Assembly (NCBI GenBank): GCA_036553105.1
Contig: JAXKBI010000046.1
Span: forward strand, 3,215-67,214
DNA: 64,000 nucleotides
From: Eggerthellaceae bacterium
Lineage (GTDB): Bacteria > Actinomycetota > Coriobacteriia > Coriobacteriales > Eggerthellaceae
Reading direction: 5' to 3'
Numbering within the stretch: the first letter of the stretch is position 1; each line of letters starts with the position of its first letter. The notes under the pieces were generated by a model. That model did not search any database. It worked only from the letters and a program-made list of their open reading frames with translations, and was not told the origin of the DNA. Both the position numbers and the translations under genes were made by a program. Shown here in pieces: positions 10,306 through 19,481 of the stretch.

Positions 10306-10387
10306 AAAAAAGCCGGGAGACCCTCGAAAAGTAACCCGGCTTTAAGCAAACGAACAATGCTGCCCGGCTTGGCGGGGCACCGTTCGA
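10306..10387 (-). ncRNA. Putative antisense antitoxin RNA (~80 nt)
   Basis: Minus-strand extended -10 TGcTATAAT (plus 10393-10401). Ends in a hairpin GCCGGG...CCCGGC followed by U6 (plus-strand A6 at 10306-10311). Confidence 0.62.
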
Positions 10388-10448
10388 TTTAGATTATAGC
10401 ACCCTCTTGGTGTGGAAGATATGGTTTTGCGCGGGGTGCGTTAGGTGC

Positions 10449-10592
10449 GTTGTGGTGCAGATCGACAAGCTGTCCATCCTGGTTTCGATCGCCTTCGTGT
10501 GGCTGGTGTTCAAAGAACGGCTCTCTGTTCGCGCGGCGATTGGCCTTGCCCTCATCGTGGTAGGTACCGCCGCTATGAGCATTTGGGTTTAG
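10449..10592 (+). pseudogene. 3' remnant of an EamA/DMT-family transporter
   Basis: VVQIDKLSILVSIAFVWLVFKERLS...IGLALIVVGT matches the EamA C-terminus. No upstream part or plausible start is present. Confidence 0.75.
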
Positions 10593-11682
10593 CGTTTGTG
10601 ATGTCCTTCGCTGCCTTGAGGCCATAAGCGCCTTCGGCATTATTTACGGCGTTCTCTATAGCCGCCTGCATGGCTTCGGTCGCCATTACCGCGACCATAT
10701 CGAGGGGCGCTTCCACTTCGCCCGACGCGAACGTGAAAATGGTGTCGCCATCGTTCGAGGTGTGAACTGGCTTAATCGAACGCGCGTAAGCGTCATGGGT
10801 AACGGAAGACGTTTTTGTCGCTTGTGCCTTGGTGAGTTTCGCGTTGGTTAAGACGCAACCGATGGTAGTGTTCGTGCAGGGTGCGGATGTGGGGTCGGGG
10901 GCCGAGTCGGATACAGCCGCATTAGCCGCGATCGCTTCGGGGGATGTTGAACTGGGGTCAATCGCGCCGCCCGCGACCGCCTCAGATGCCGCCGCTCCGC
11001 TCGCCTGCAGAGCGCTTGCCGCGTTGAGCATGGCGGCGATCGGGTCGAGCACGCGATCATTGTCGTCGAGTTCGCCCGCGATCCAATCTCCGTTCGCGTT
11101 TCGCACATGGCCGAGGGCGTTCACTGCTACGAGTGCCACTACAACGACCGACCCAAGGCGCAACCCTGCCCAGCCGAGGCCGCTCTTCATGGCGCGTTCG
11201 GGTGCGCCGAATTTGCCTACGGTCGCGCCGCATCCGGCGCCGATGTTGCCCTGCTCCAGTTCGTTCGTGCGCTCGAATGCGGCGATGGTCGCTGCGCGAC
11301 CCATTGCTTTGTCCGGGTGAGAGTTCTCTCCCACGAGAAGGTCGAACAAGCAGGCACCAGTGACGATGGGAACGCATGCGGGCCCCAAGGTAAAGCCGAT
11401 GCTGCGCTGAGATAGTTCGTCCATCACGCCGCAGCTTGCTTCGAGTCCGAATGCGCTGCCGCCGGAAAGCACCACCGCATGGATGGTTTCGATCATGTTC
11501 TCGGGCTTGAGCAGGTCGGTCTCGCGCGTGGCGGGTCCGCCTCCGCGGACGTCGACGCCGCAAACCGCGCCTTCGGGAGCCAGGATGACCGTGCAACCGG
11601 TGCCTGCGGCTTTGTCTTGCGCGTGACCTACTCGGAATGCGGGAAGATCAGAAGGCGTTGCGGGCTGGAATGATTGCATCAT
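10573..11682 (-). CDS. Peptidase family S58/P1 (DmpA-like)
   Basis: VGHA, TGCTVIL, DVRGGGPATRETDLL, LSGGSAFGL, GNIGAGCGA, NTTIG and HTSNDGD motifs. Start behind GAGGAG. Confidence 0.88.
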   Translation of the reverse strand: MMQSFQPATPSDLPAFRVGHAQDKAAGTGCTVILAPEGAVCGVDVRGGGPATRETDLLKPENMIETIHAVVLSGGSAFGLEASCGVMDELSQRSIGFTLGPACVPIVTGACLFDLLVGENSHPDKAMGRAATIAAFERTNELEQGNIGAGCGATVGKFGAPERAMKSGLGWAGLRLGSVVVVALVAVNALGHVRNANGDWIAGELDDNDRVLDPIAAMLNAASALQASGAAASEAVAGGAIDPSSTSPEAIAANAAVSDSAPDPTSAPCTNTTIGCVLTNAKLTKAQATKTSSVTHDAYARSIKPVHTSNDGDTIFTFASGEVEAPLDMVAVMATEAMQAAIENAVNNAEGAYGLKAAKDITNAKPKCS

Positions 11683-11716
11683 GGGATTCTCCTCTGCGTG
11701 CCGAGCGGCTAAGCCT

Positions 11717-12970
11717 TTAAGCCCACACGTGGTGCTTGCGGCGATGGTGCTTGTGGGCGTGACCCTGTTCCTTTGCACGTACCAAGTGGAGGGTGGCTGC
11801 CACGAGCAGGAACGCTACCAGCGAGAAGATCGCTCCGAAGGCGCCAACGTAGCTCATGCCCACGTTCGCAACGACTGATCCACCGATCGCGGTGCCGAAC
11901 GCAATGCCGATGTTAAATGCCATAGGCTCCAGCGATGCAGCCAAGGTAAGTGCCTTGGGATACTCTTCGCGAGCAGTGCGCATGAACATGGAAATGCAAG
12001 GCACGGAAACGCAATACATCGAAAGGCCGATGGCGAGCAGCAGTATGAAAGCGAGCGTCGTCAGCGAACCGGCTGCGTACAGCGCCAGCAGAAGGCCAGC
12101 CTGAACAACGAACACAACGAGGAGGGCCTTCATGCCGAAGCGAGAGTCGAGCCAACCCGATGCAAGGTTAGAGACCATGCACATGATGCCGAAGCACATA
12201 AGGGTGCCGCTTGCGGTAAGGGGATCCATGCCCAGAATGTTCTCCAGGTATGGAGTGATGTAAGCGTAGAACACATACACGGAGCCAACGCCGAACACGA
12301 AGACCGAAATACCCGCGATGGAGCGAGGGTCCTTAAGCAGACGGAACTGTTCGCGTGCAGTGCAGGGCTCGTCGCTCGGGCTGGTCTTCGGAAGAACGAG
12401 TGCCAGGGCAATACCCGCTACTGCAACAAGCGCGAACATTACGAACATGGTGGTGTGCCAGTTGAAGATCTCGGCGATCATTTTGCCCATGGAAGTCGAG
12501 ACGACCATAGCAATGGAGAACGCCGCATAGATAACGGAAATAACGCGCGAGATCTGGTCGGCGGGTACCAATTCTGGAAGATAGGTAACGCCGATAGCAA
12601 GCACTGCGCCGGATACCGCACCGATGAAGACGCGACCCACCAACAGGATCTCGAAGGTGGGAGCAAGAAGCGATATCAAGTTGCCCATGCACAAAAGAAC
12701 AAGATAGGCGACCAGTAAATGGAAGCGACGGAAACGACCCGTGAAAAGCGCCAGAAGTGGTGTAGCTACCGCGTAAGTGACCGCGAAATAACTGATCAGT
12801 TCGCCTGCGCGAGCCAGCGGCACGTTCATGGCGTGAGTGATCTGCTCTTCAATACCAATGACAACGAATTCAGAACAACCAAGCGCAAAGCCAAGCACGA
12901 CAAGAAGCGCGATGCATGCGCGTGCATGTGAGCGAGAATACGTTCTCGAAGCGGTGAGCGTCGAGGCCAT
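11717..12970 (-). CDS. MFS efflux transporter (AraJ/PbuE-like)
   Basis: About 12 hydrophobic segments, GFALGCSEFVVIG N-terminus, and AFNIGIAFGTAIGG. Confidence 0.88.
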   Translation of the reverse strand: MASTLTASRTYSRSHARACIALLVVLGFALGCSEFVVIGIEEQITHAMNVPLARAGELISYFAVTYAVATPLLALFTGRFRRFHLLVAYLVLLCMGNLISLLAPTFEILLVGRVFIGAVSGAVLAIGVTYLPELVPADQISRVISVIYAAFSIAMVVSTSMGKMIAEIFNWHTTMFVMFALVAVAGIALALVLPKTSPSDEPCTAREQFRLLKDPRSIAGISVFVFGVGSVYVFYAYITPYLENILGMDPLTASGTLMCFGIMCMVSNLASGWLDSRFGMKALLVVFVVQAGLLLALYAAGSLTTLAFILLLAIGLSMYCVSVPCISMFMRTAREEYPKALTLAASLEPMAFNIGIAFGTAIGGSVVANVGMSYVGAFGAIFSLVAFLLVAATLHLVRAKEQGHAHKHHRRKHHVWA

Positions 12971-13340
12971 TGATGATGCTCCTTTACGGTCTGTTTACGA
13001 ATAGGGCTACGCGGTTCAATATGTGTTAGCTGCCGTGTGGGGCAGCGCGCATCATACTAACAGGATTGGCATGTTATGGAGCGGGAATTTTCTTTTTTTA
13101 AACGGGTTATAAAATTCGCTTGATATGCGAAACGCGTTCAAAATGTTCACAGGGAGAAACATCGGCAACCATCAGGTATTTTCATAAATCAAGACGTTCG
13201 ATTTTTGCAAACGATATTCATCGATTTGACAAAGTCCTACACATTTGCTTCATATGCTCTACGCCCGAGTGGTAGAAGTTGTCCGGCGAGCGTAAAAGCG
13301 CGTCAATGAGCGGGTTGGCGAACGTGGTCGAACGCCGCAA

Positions 13341-13378
13341 AAAACACCTCACAACAAAGGGTCGTTGCGAGGTGTTTT
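13341..13378. terminator. Bidirectional intrinsic terminator
   Basis: AAAACACCTC.CAAC ... GTTG.GAGGTGTTTT, with A/T runs on both sides. Confidence 0.7.
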
Positions 13379-13531
13379 GGTTGATGCGCGAAGCGGCTTG
13401 GGTGACGCATGGAACGTCTCTGGGTCTCGACGGCGCACGAGTGGCGCGGGCATCTGGGCTGCCGCGGGCGACGAAGATGTGCGGAGCGGCTTTGGGGCGT
13501 GGGCGTTCGTAGCGGCGCCCCCCGAGGACGT

Positions 13532-14602
13532 CTACCTCGTCTTCATTTGTTCGCGGGCAGCGTACGTGATGCGTAGCGTCCTGAGCGCACTTTCGAGGGT
13601 GCTTGCGCAGAACCGGCCCGGAACACCGCGTAGCTCATCGACGATGTCTTGCACCTGCCCTAAGCCAGGATACGGGTCAACGGTCGGGCGAATATCACGC
13701 ACGACCATTTCGGGCTCTTTCCGCGTGCCGCCCATGACCCCTTCGTGGGCGATCTGCGCCTCGGGATCTTCTGGCAATGTTTCGAGACGCAGCGGCGCTT
13801 CGTTGTTGTAATAAGAGAATTCGAGGCTGCCTTTGTCGCCAAATATAAGGAAACGGTCGATCGCCTTATAGGTGGCGTAGCACCACATGCCGGAAACCAC
13901 CACGCGATCTTCGGTAATGCCTGAAAGCGAAACAATATCTTCAGCGGGATAGTAACCAGTTTCGTTGGTTACCTGAAGATCGAACTGGGCGAGGGGACCC
14001 ACGAGATAGTCCACTAGATCGAGCATGTGGGCATCACCTTCGTAAAAGTGGCTTCCGCCCGAAATGTCAGCGCGCACGCGCCAGGGCTTCTGGTCTTCGG
14101 GAAGCATCTCTTCGGCGGTTTGGCGCTGGGTGCGAATGACCTGCACACCGCGCACCTTGCCAATGGCGCCCGAATCAAGAAGCCGCTTCGCTTCCTTGTA
14201 GCGGGGCATTCCACGGCGATAATGAGCCACGAAGCAGCGCGTCCCGCTCTTTTCAAATGCGGCGCGAATTTCCTGCGCTTCTTCCCACGACAGTGCGATG
14301 GGTTTTTCCAGGTAACAGTGCTTATGCGCTTGAGCTACCGCGATGGCTTGGTCTTTATGGCAGTTAGGCGTTGTCGCAACGTAGACGATATCGATCTCGG
14401 GGCAGGCCAGAAGCTCTTCCATGGAATCGAACACGCGCCCATGCCCGTGGCGGGTGGTCCATTCTTCTGCTTTCGACTTGGTGCGGTTCCAGATGCCGAC
14501 TAATTCGGAGCCATCGGCAAGATAGAGCGCGGGACCGTTCTTCGTCTCGACAACATCGCCGCAGCCTATCACACCCCAACGGATAACATTTTCCTGATTC
14601 AT
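13532..14602 (-). CDS. Gfo/Idh/MocA family oxidoreductase
   Basis: WGVIGCG Rossmann motif, YLEKPIA, and SGG...E...H.LD. Confidence 0.9.
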   Translation of the reverse strand: MNQENVIRWGVIGCGDVVETKNGPALYLADGSELVGIWNRTKSKAEEWTTRHGHGRVFDSMEELLACPEIDIVYVATTPNCHKDQAIAVAQAHKHCYLEKPIALSWEEAQEIRAAFEKSGTRCFVAHYRRGMPRYKEAKRLLDSGAIGKVRGVQVIRTQRQTAEEMLPEDQKPWRVRADISGGSHFYEGDAHMLDLVDYLVGPLAQFDLQVTNETGYYPAEDIVSLSGITEDRVVVSGMWCYATYKAIDRFLIFGDKGSLEFSYYNNEAPLRLETLPEDPEAQIAHEGVMGGTRKEPEMVVRDIRPTVDPYPGLGQVQDIVDELRGVPGRFCASTLESALRTLRITYAAREQMKTR

Positions 14603-14876
14603 GTTTCCCTCCGTTTTTCCTCTTTATTCGCGCGATGCACAGCGCGAAAACACTCTTTCATGGTAGCTTTCACGCACCCGAAGCGCCATAAAGGAAACCA
14701 AATTGAAAGCCCCTTTCGGGAGCGCGCTTTCGCGGAAGTTCGAGAAGATCCGCGAAGGTATGTGGGGTGTGAGAAGCGTGTAGGGCGCGAAGGTGCGTGG
14801 AGGTACGAAAGGAGCGTACGGCGCAAAGGCGTGCAAAGGAACGCGCAGGTCCGCGAGCGTGCCACTTACCGCAGAA

Positions 14877-14949
14877 GTGATACGGAATATTGTTTCGTAA
14901 CACCACTGTGCTACACTGCACTGTGTTACGAACCCAAAAAACGTAACAG
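14877..14949 (+). promoter_or_regulatory. Two tandem NikR-like operators flanking the -10 of the ABC operon
   Basis: GTGATAC-N13-GTAACAC (14877-14903) and GTGTTAC-N13-GTAACAG (14923-14949), with TGcTACACT (14909-14917) between them. Confidence 0.65.
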
Positions 14950-15030
14950 TGCGGAGCGATCGGAATGCGATCGGGACCTGCACATGAAGTGATGGGAAAT
15001 GAGCCGTACCGGATAGATCAAGGAATGACC

Positions 15031-16677
15031 ATGGAATTTACCAGACGTAACTTCATAAAGCTTGCTGGAGTAGGGGCAGCCGCGATTTCATTCGGTGGCT
15101 TGACGACCTTTCTTACGGGATGCAGTTCGAGTCCGAAAGTGGTCGATGGCGCTTCGGTGACGGGCAACGCGAACGAAGTGGTCGTCTCCATGACCACCGG
15201 ATCAGAGCCCGCTGCAGGATTCGATCCCATGTTCTCGTGGGGCTGCGGCGAGCACGTGCATGAACCGCTTATCCAGTCGACGCTCATCACTACGGACCAG
15301 GATCTCAACTTCGTGAATGACCTGGCTACGTCCTACAGCTGCAGTGAAGATGGCATGACGTGGACCTTCACGATTCGCGAAGACGCATATTTCACCAATG
15401 GCGAGCAGTTGACCGCGCGCGATGTCGCTTTCACCATTAACGGCATCAACAACGCTGAAGCCGCAGAAGCTGATCTTTCGATGGTCGCGGAAGCCGTTGC
15501 GGTGGATGACTTCACGGTCGAGTTACGCATGAACAAGCCGTTCAATGCGCTTTTGTACACGCTCGCGGTAGTGGGCATCGTGCCGGCGAACGCGTACGAT
15601 TCGGCTACCTATGGTGCGAACCCCATTGGCTCGGGCCGCTACATGTTGGAGCAGTGGGATCAGGGTCAGCAGGTCATCTTGAAAGCCAACCCTGATTATT
15701 ACGGAACCGCACCGAAGATGGAGCGCGTCATTGTGGTGTTCATGGAAGAGGACGCCTCTCTTGCCGCCGCTAACTCAAAGGAAGTGGACATTGCTTACAC
15801 GGCAGCCACCATGGCGAAGTCCACTCCGTCTGATTACGATCTGTTCGTGTGTAAATCGGTCGACAGTCGAGGCATTTCGTTCCCGAGCGTTCCTGCTGAA
15901 GGCACGAAGAAGGATGGAGAGAACGACTATCCGTTGGGCAACAACGTCACCCAGGACGTGGCGCTGCGCCGCGCTATGAACTATGCCGTCGATCGCGACA
16001 CGATGATCGAAAACGTGCTGTCGGGATACGGCACCCCCGCCTATAGTGTGGCGGACGGAACGCCGTGGGCTTCGGAGGACATGATCGTGAAGACCGATGC
16101 AGATATGGCGCGCAAGATCTTAGAAGAAGGTGGCTGGGTTGCCGGTGACGATGGTGTTCTGGTCAAAGATGGTATTCGTGCGCAGTTCGACCTATATTAC
16201 AGTTCGAGCGATTCGGTGCGTCAAGCACTCGCTTCTGAATTCGCGAATCAGATGGCGGGATTCGGTATCAAGATCGATATCCATGGTGCTGGTTGGGACG
16301 ATCTGTATCCCCACGAGTTCTCCGATTCCGTGCTGTGGGGCTGGGGTGCGAACAGTCCTACTCAGATGTATGATCTGCTGTACTCGAGCGGCGTAGGTAA
16401 TTACGCAAGCTACGAAAACGCAACCGTTGACGCTCATATGGACGCGGCGCTCGCTAAGCCGAACGTGGAAGATTCGTATACTGAATGGAAACTGGCTCAG
16501 TGGGATGGAACTGATGGCGTGGCTCCACAGGGGGCTGCGACATGGGTCTGGTTCGCGAACGTCGACCACCTGTATTTCAAGCGAGGAAGCCTGCAGGTCG
16601 CCGAACAGAAGCCCCATCCTCACGGACATGGCTGGTCGTTGGTGAATAACGTTGATCAATGGAGCTGGTCTGCGTAA
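15031..16677 (+). CDS. ABC transporter substrate-binding lipoprotein, family 5 (probably nickel or metallophore)
   Basis: Tat motif TRRNFIK, lipobox LTGC, PIGSGRY and LRRAMNYAVDR. His motifs CGEHVHE and HPHGHGW. Confidence 0.88.
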   Translation: MEFTRRNFIKLAGVGAAAISFGGLTTFLTGCSSSPKVVDGASVTGNANEVVVSMTTGSEPAAGFDPMFSWGCGEHVHEPLIQSTLITTDQDLNFVNDLATSYSCSEDGMTWTFTIREDAYFTNGEQLTARDVAFTINGINNAEAAEADLSMVAEAVAVDDFTVELRMNKPFNALLYTLAVVGIVPANAYDSATYGANPIGSGRYMLEQWDQGQQVILKANPDYYGTAPKMERVIVVFMEEDASLAAANSKEVDIAYTAATMAKSTPSDYDLFVCKSVDSRGISFPSVPAEGTKKDGENDYPLGNNVTQDVALRRAMNYAVDRDTMIENVLSGYGTPAYSVADGTPWASEDMIVKTDADMARKILEEGGWVAGDDGVLVKDGIRAQFDLYYSSSDSVRQALASEFANQMAGFGIKIDIHGAGWDDLYPHEFSDSVLWGWGANSPTQMYDLLYSSGVGNYASYENATVDAHMDAALAKPNVEDSYTEWKLAQWDGTDGVAPQGAATWVWFANVDHLYFKRGSLQVAEQKPHPHGHGWSLVNNVDQWSWSA

Positions 16678-17661
16678 ATGATACAAGCGATAGCGCGAAA
16701 TCTAGTTAAATTCGCCCTGCTCATGGTGGGCGTGAGCATTGTGGTGTTCTTTCTTGTGGGTATGTCACCCATCGATCCGGTGCAGGCGAACGTCGGACAG
16801 TCGGCCTATGCCAGCATGGGTGCTGAACAGCGTGCACAGCTGGCCAGCTATTGGGGCGTTGATGTGCCCATTTGGGAACGCTACATCAACTGGGTGGTCG
16901 CGCTGTTCCAGGGAGACATGGGAACGTCGTTACGCTTCAATGCACCGGTGACGGAGGTCCTAGCGAATAGGTCGCTCAACACGTTGGCGCTCATGCTGTT
17001 CGCATGGGTCTTGAGTGGCGTGTTCGGTCTGATCATGGGTGTCATCGCCGGCATCAAGCAAGGAACGCTCATTGATCGCATCATCAAGGGATACTGTTTC
17101 ATATTGGCATCGACCCCGACCTTCTGGTTGGGGTTGATCATGCTCATGGTGTTCTCGGTGTGGCTCGGGTTGTTTCCGCTGGGCTTCTCCGCTCCTATTG
17201 GAAAGAGCGCCGCTGATATTACCGTGCTTGATTCGTTGCATCACATGGTTCTGCCGGCGCTTACCTTATCGGTCATTGGCGTTGCCAACATCGCGCTGCA
17301 TACGCGCGAGAAGACGATAGACATCATGGAAAGCGACTATATTCGATTCGCTCAGGCGCGCGGTATGTCGCGTTTTCAAGCGGCAAGGGCTCATGGGCTT
17401 CGCAATTTGGCGCTGCCGGCCATTTCTCTGCAGTTCGCTTCTGTTTCAGAGATATTCGGGGGCTCGGTTCTGGTGGAGCAGGTGTTCTCTTATCCAGGTT
17501 TGGGCCAAGCGGCGGTGACCGCTGGTGTTGGCAGCGATGTTGCACTGCTCGTGGGAATCACGTTGGTTTCAGCCGCGATAGTGTTCGGCGGCAATATGAT
17601 AGCCAACATACTATATCGCGTGATCGACCCTCGTATTAAGCGGGGAGGTGATGCGCTGTGA
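16678..17661 (+). CDS. ABC transporter permease (DppB/NikB-like)
   Basis: GDMGTS, TPTFWLG, LPALTL and EQVFSYPGLG. Confidence 0.92.
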   Translation: MIQAIARNLVKFALLMVGVSIVVFFLVGMSPIDPVQANVGQSAYASMGAEQRAQLASYWGVDVPIWERYINWVVALFQGDMGTSLRFNAPVTEVLANRSLNTLALMLFAWVLSGVFGLIMGVIAGIKQGTLIDRIIKGYCFILASTPTFWLGLIMLMVFSVWLGLFPLGFSAPIGKSAADITVLDSLHHMVLPALTLSVIGVANIALHTREKTIDIMESDYIRFAQARGMSRFQAARAHGLRNLALPAISLQFASVSEIFGGSVLVEQVFSYPGLGQAAVTAGVGSDVALLVGITLVSAAIVFGGNMIANILYRVIDPRIKRGGDAL

Positions 17662-18587
17662 GTTTTATGCGTACGGCAGCTGAACAGGCGGGCGAGGCGA
17701 AGCAGGGATCTGCTACGAACGGAGGTGCCTTCGGTTCGCTGACCTTGTTCCATGCTCCGCGAAATCGTCGCATGAACAATCGAAAGCAGACGAAGATCAT
17801 GTGCATTGTTTCGGCAGCGGTGCTTGTTGCAGTTGCGGTGGTGGGGCTCCTGCTGACCCCGCAGGCGATGTCCACCGATCTTTCCATAAGCCGCGAAGCA
17901 CCCAGTCTGGCGCATCTGTTCGGTACTGACAACTTAGGCAGAGACATGCTGGTGCGTACCATCGCGGGTCTTTCGACCAGCATTGGCATTGGGCTCATGG
18001 CAGCGTTCGTTTCATCGATCATTGCATTGGTGCTGGGCATGGCGGCTGCGCTGGGTGGCAAGAAGGTCGATGCGGTGGTAACGTGGCTGATCGACCTCAT
18101 GCTAGGTATTCCCCACATTGTGCTTCTGCTGCTTATCTCGTATGCGCTCGGCAAGGGCTTCTGGGGTGTTGCGATTGGCGTTGCGCTTACGCATTGGCCC
18201 AGTTTATGCCGCGTTATTCGCGCAGAAGTGCTGCAGGTGAAGCAGAGCTCCTATGTGGAAGCGGCGCGTGCTCTAGGGCAGAGCTCGTTCTCCATTGCGG
18301 TGCGCCATATTTTGCCCGCAGTGCTGCCGCAGTACTTGGTCGGCTTGATCCTGCTTTTCCCGCACGCTATTTTGCATGAGGCGGCGATCACGTTCTTGGG
18401 CTTCGGTCTTCCGCCCGAGCAGCCTGCTATTGGCATTATCTTAAGCGAATCGATGAACTACCTTTCGGTGGGCATGTGGTGGCTGGCACTGTTCCCTGGC
18501 TTGGCATTGTTGCTGGTCGTGCTTTTGTTCGACCGAGCAGGGCAGGGGCTTCGCCGCCTTCTCGACCCCGCGCGAGCGCAGGAATAG
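17658..18587 (+). CDS. ABC transporter permease (DppC/NikC-like)
   Basis: HLFGTDNLGRD, YVEAARALG and EAAITFLGFG. Confidence 0.92.
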   Translation: MSFMRTAAEQAGEAKQGSATNGGAFGSLTLFHAPRNRRMNNRKQTKIMCIVSAAVLVAVAVVGLLLTPQAMSTDLSISREAPSLAHLFGTDNLGRDMLVRTIAGLSTSIGIGLMAAFVSSIIALVLGMAAALGGKKVDAVVTWLIDLMLGIPHIVLLLLISYALGKGFWGVAIGVALTHWPSLCRVIRAEVLQVKQSSYVEAARALGQSSFSIAVRHILPAVLPQYLVGLILLFPHAILHEAAITFLGFGLPPEQPAIGIILSESMNYLSVGMWWLALFPGLALLLVVLLFDRAGQGLRRLLDPARAQE

Positions 18588-18596
18588 GGGGAATCG

Positions 18597-19481
18597 ATGA
18601 CGGTCGACCATTTGACACTTACTCACGTCCATCAGGAATTCCACCATGGACATTCCCATGCTGATTCAAGTCATCATGCGGGAGGTCATCACCTTCTTCA
18701 GGTGGAAGATCTGAGCATCGGGTTCGCTATGTATGATCAGAGTGAGGGCCTTCTAGGCAGCACTCAAACAACGCATAACGTAATAGATCGCTTGAGCATT
18801 TCGGTCCATGCGGGAGAGATTCTTGCCATCGTAGGGGCATCCGGTTCGGGCAAGACGCTTCTGGCGGATGCGCTCATGGGTCTGTACGCCACCAATGCGT
18901 TCGTTGAAGGAACCATCTATTACGATGGCGAATTGCAGAACGCCGAGAGCTTGGCGAAGCTGCGCGGTTCGGAAATCGCCTTCGTGCCTCAAAGCGTGAA
19001 GTCGCTCGATCCTCTTATGAAGGTGGGCAAGCAGATCGGTGGAAGCGCGAAGCGGCGTCGTCAATTGTTCGAGCGCTATGGACTGGATCAGGGGGTGGAG
19101 TCGCTCTACCCGTTCGAGCTTTCGGGTGGCATGGCGCGTCGCGTACTGCTGTGCACGGCACTTATGAACGATCCGCGGCTCATTATCGCTGACGAGCCCA
19201 CGCCGGGACTCGATTTGGAACTGGCCGTGAAGGCCATGGATGATTTTCGTGCCTTCGCGAATGAAGGCAAGGGCGTGCTGCTTATTACGCACGATATAGA
19301 ACTCGCTCTGCGTGTTGCCGATCGCGTGGCGGTGTTCAAGGACGGCACGGTGGTGGAAGAAACGGCGGTGGCCAATTTCGCATCGCCCGACTTGCTGGCC
19401 CATCCTTTCAGTAAGATGCTGTGGCATGCGCTCCCTGAGCATGATTTTGCCGTTGATGATACGGATGGTGAAGACGCATGA
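18597..19481 (+). CDS. ABC transporter ATP-binding protein (NikD-like) with His-rich N-terminus
   Basis: GASGSGKT, LSGGMARR and IIADEPT. N-terminus HVHQEFHHGHSHADSSHHAGGHH. Confidence 0.92.
   Translation: MTVDHLTLTHVHQEFHHGHSHADSSHHAGGHHLLQVEDLSIGFAMYDQSEGLLGSTQTTHNVIDRLSISVHAGEILAIVGASGSGKTLLADALMGLYATNAFVEGTIYYDGELQNAESLAKLRGSEIAFVPQSVKSLDPLMKVGKQIGGSAKRRRQLFERYGLDQGVESLYPFELSGGMARRVLLCTALMNDPRLIIADEPTPGLDLELAVKAMDDFRAFANEGKGVLLITHDIELALRVADRVAVFKDGTVVEETAVANFASPDLLAHPFSKMLWHALPEHDFAVDDTDGEDA

Noticed and set aside
13263..13340. GCCCGAGTGGTAG looks like the start of a tRNA
   Set aside because: No T-arm GTTCRA motif, acceptor pairing or CCA. Not a cloverleaf.
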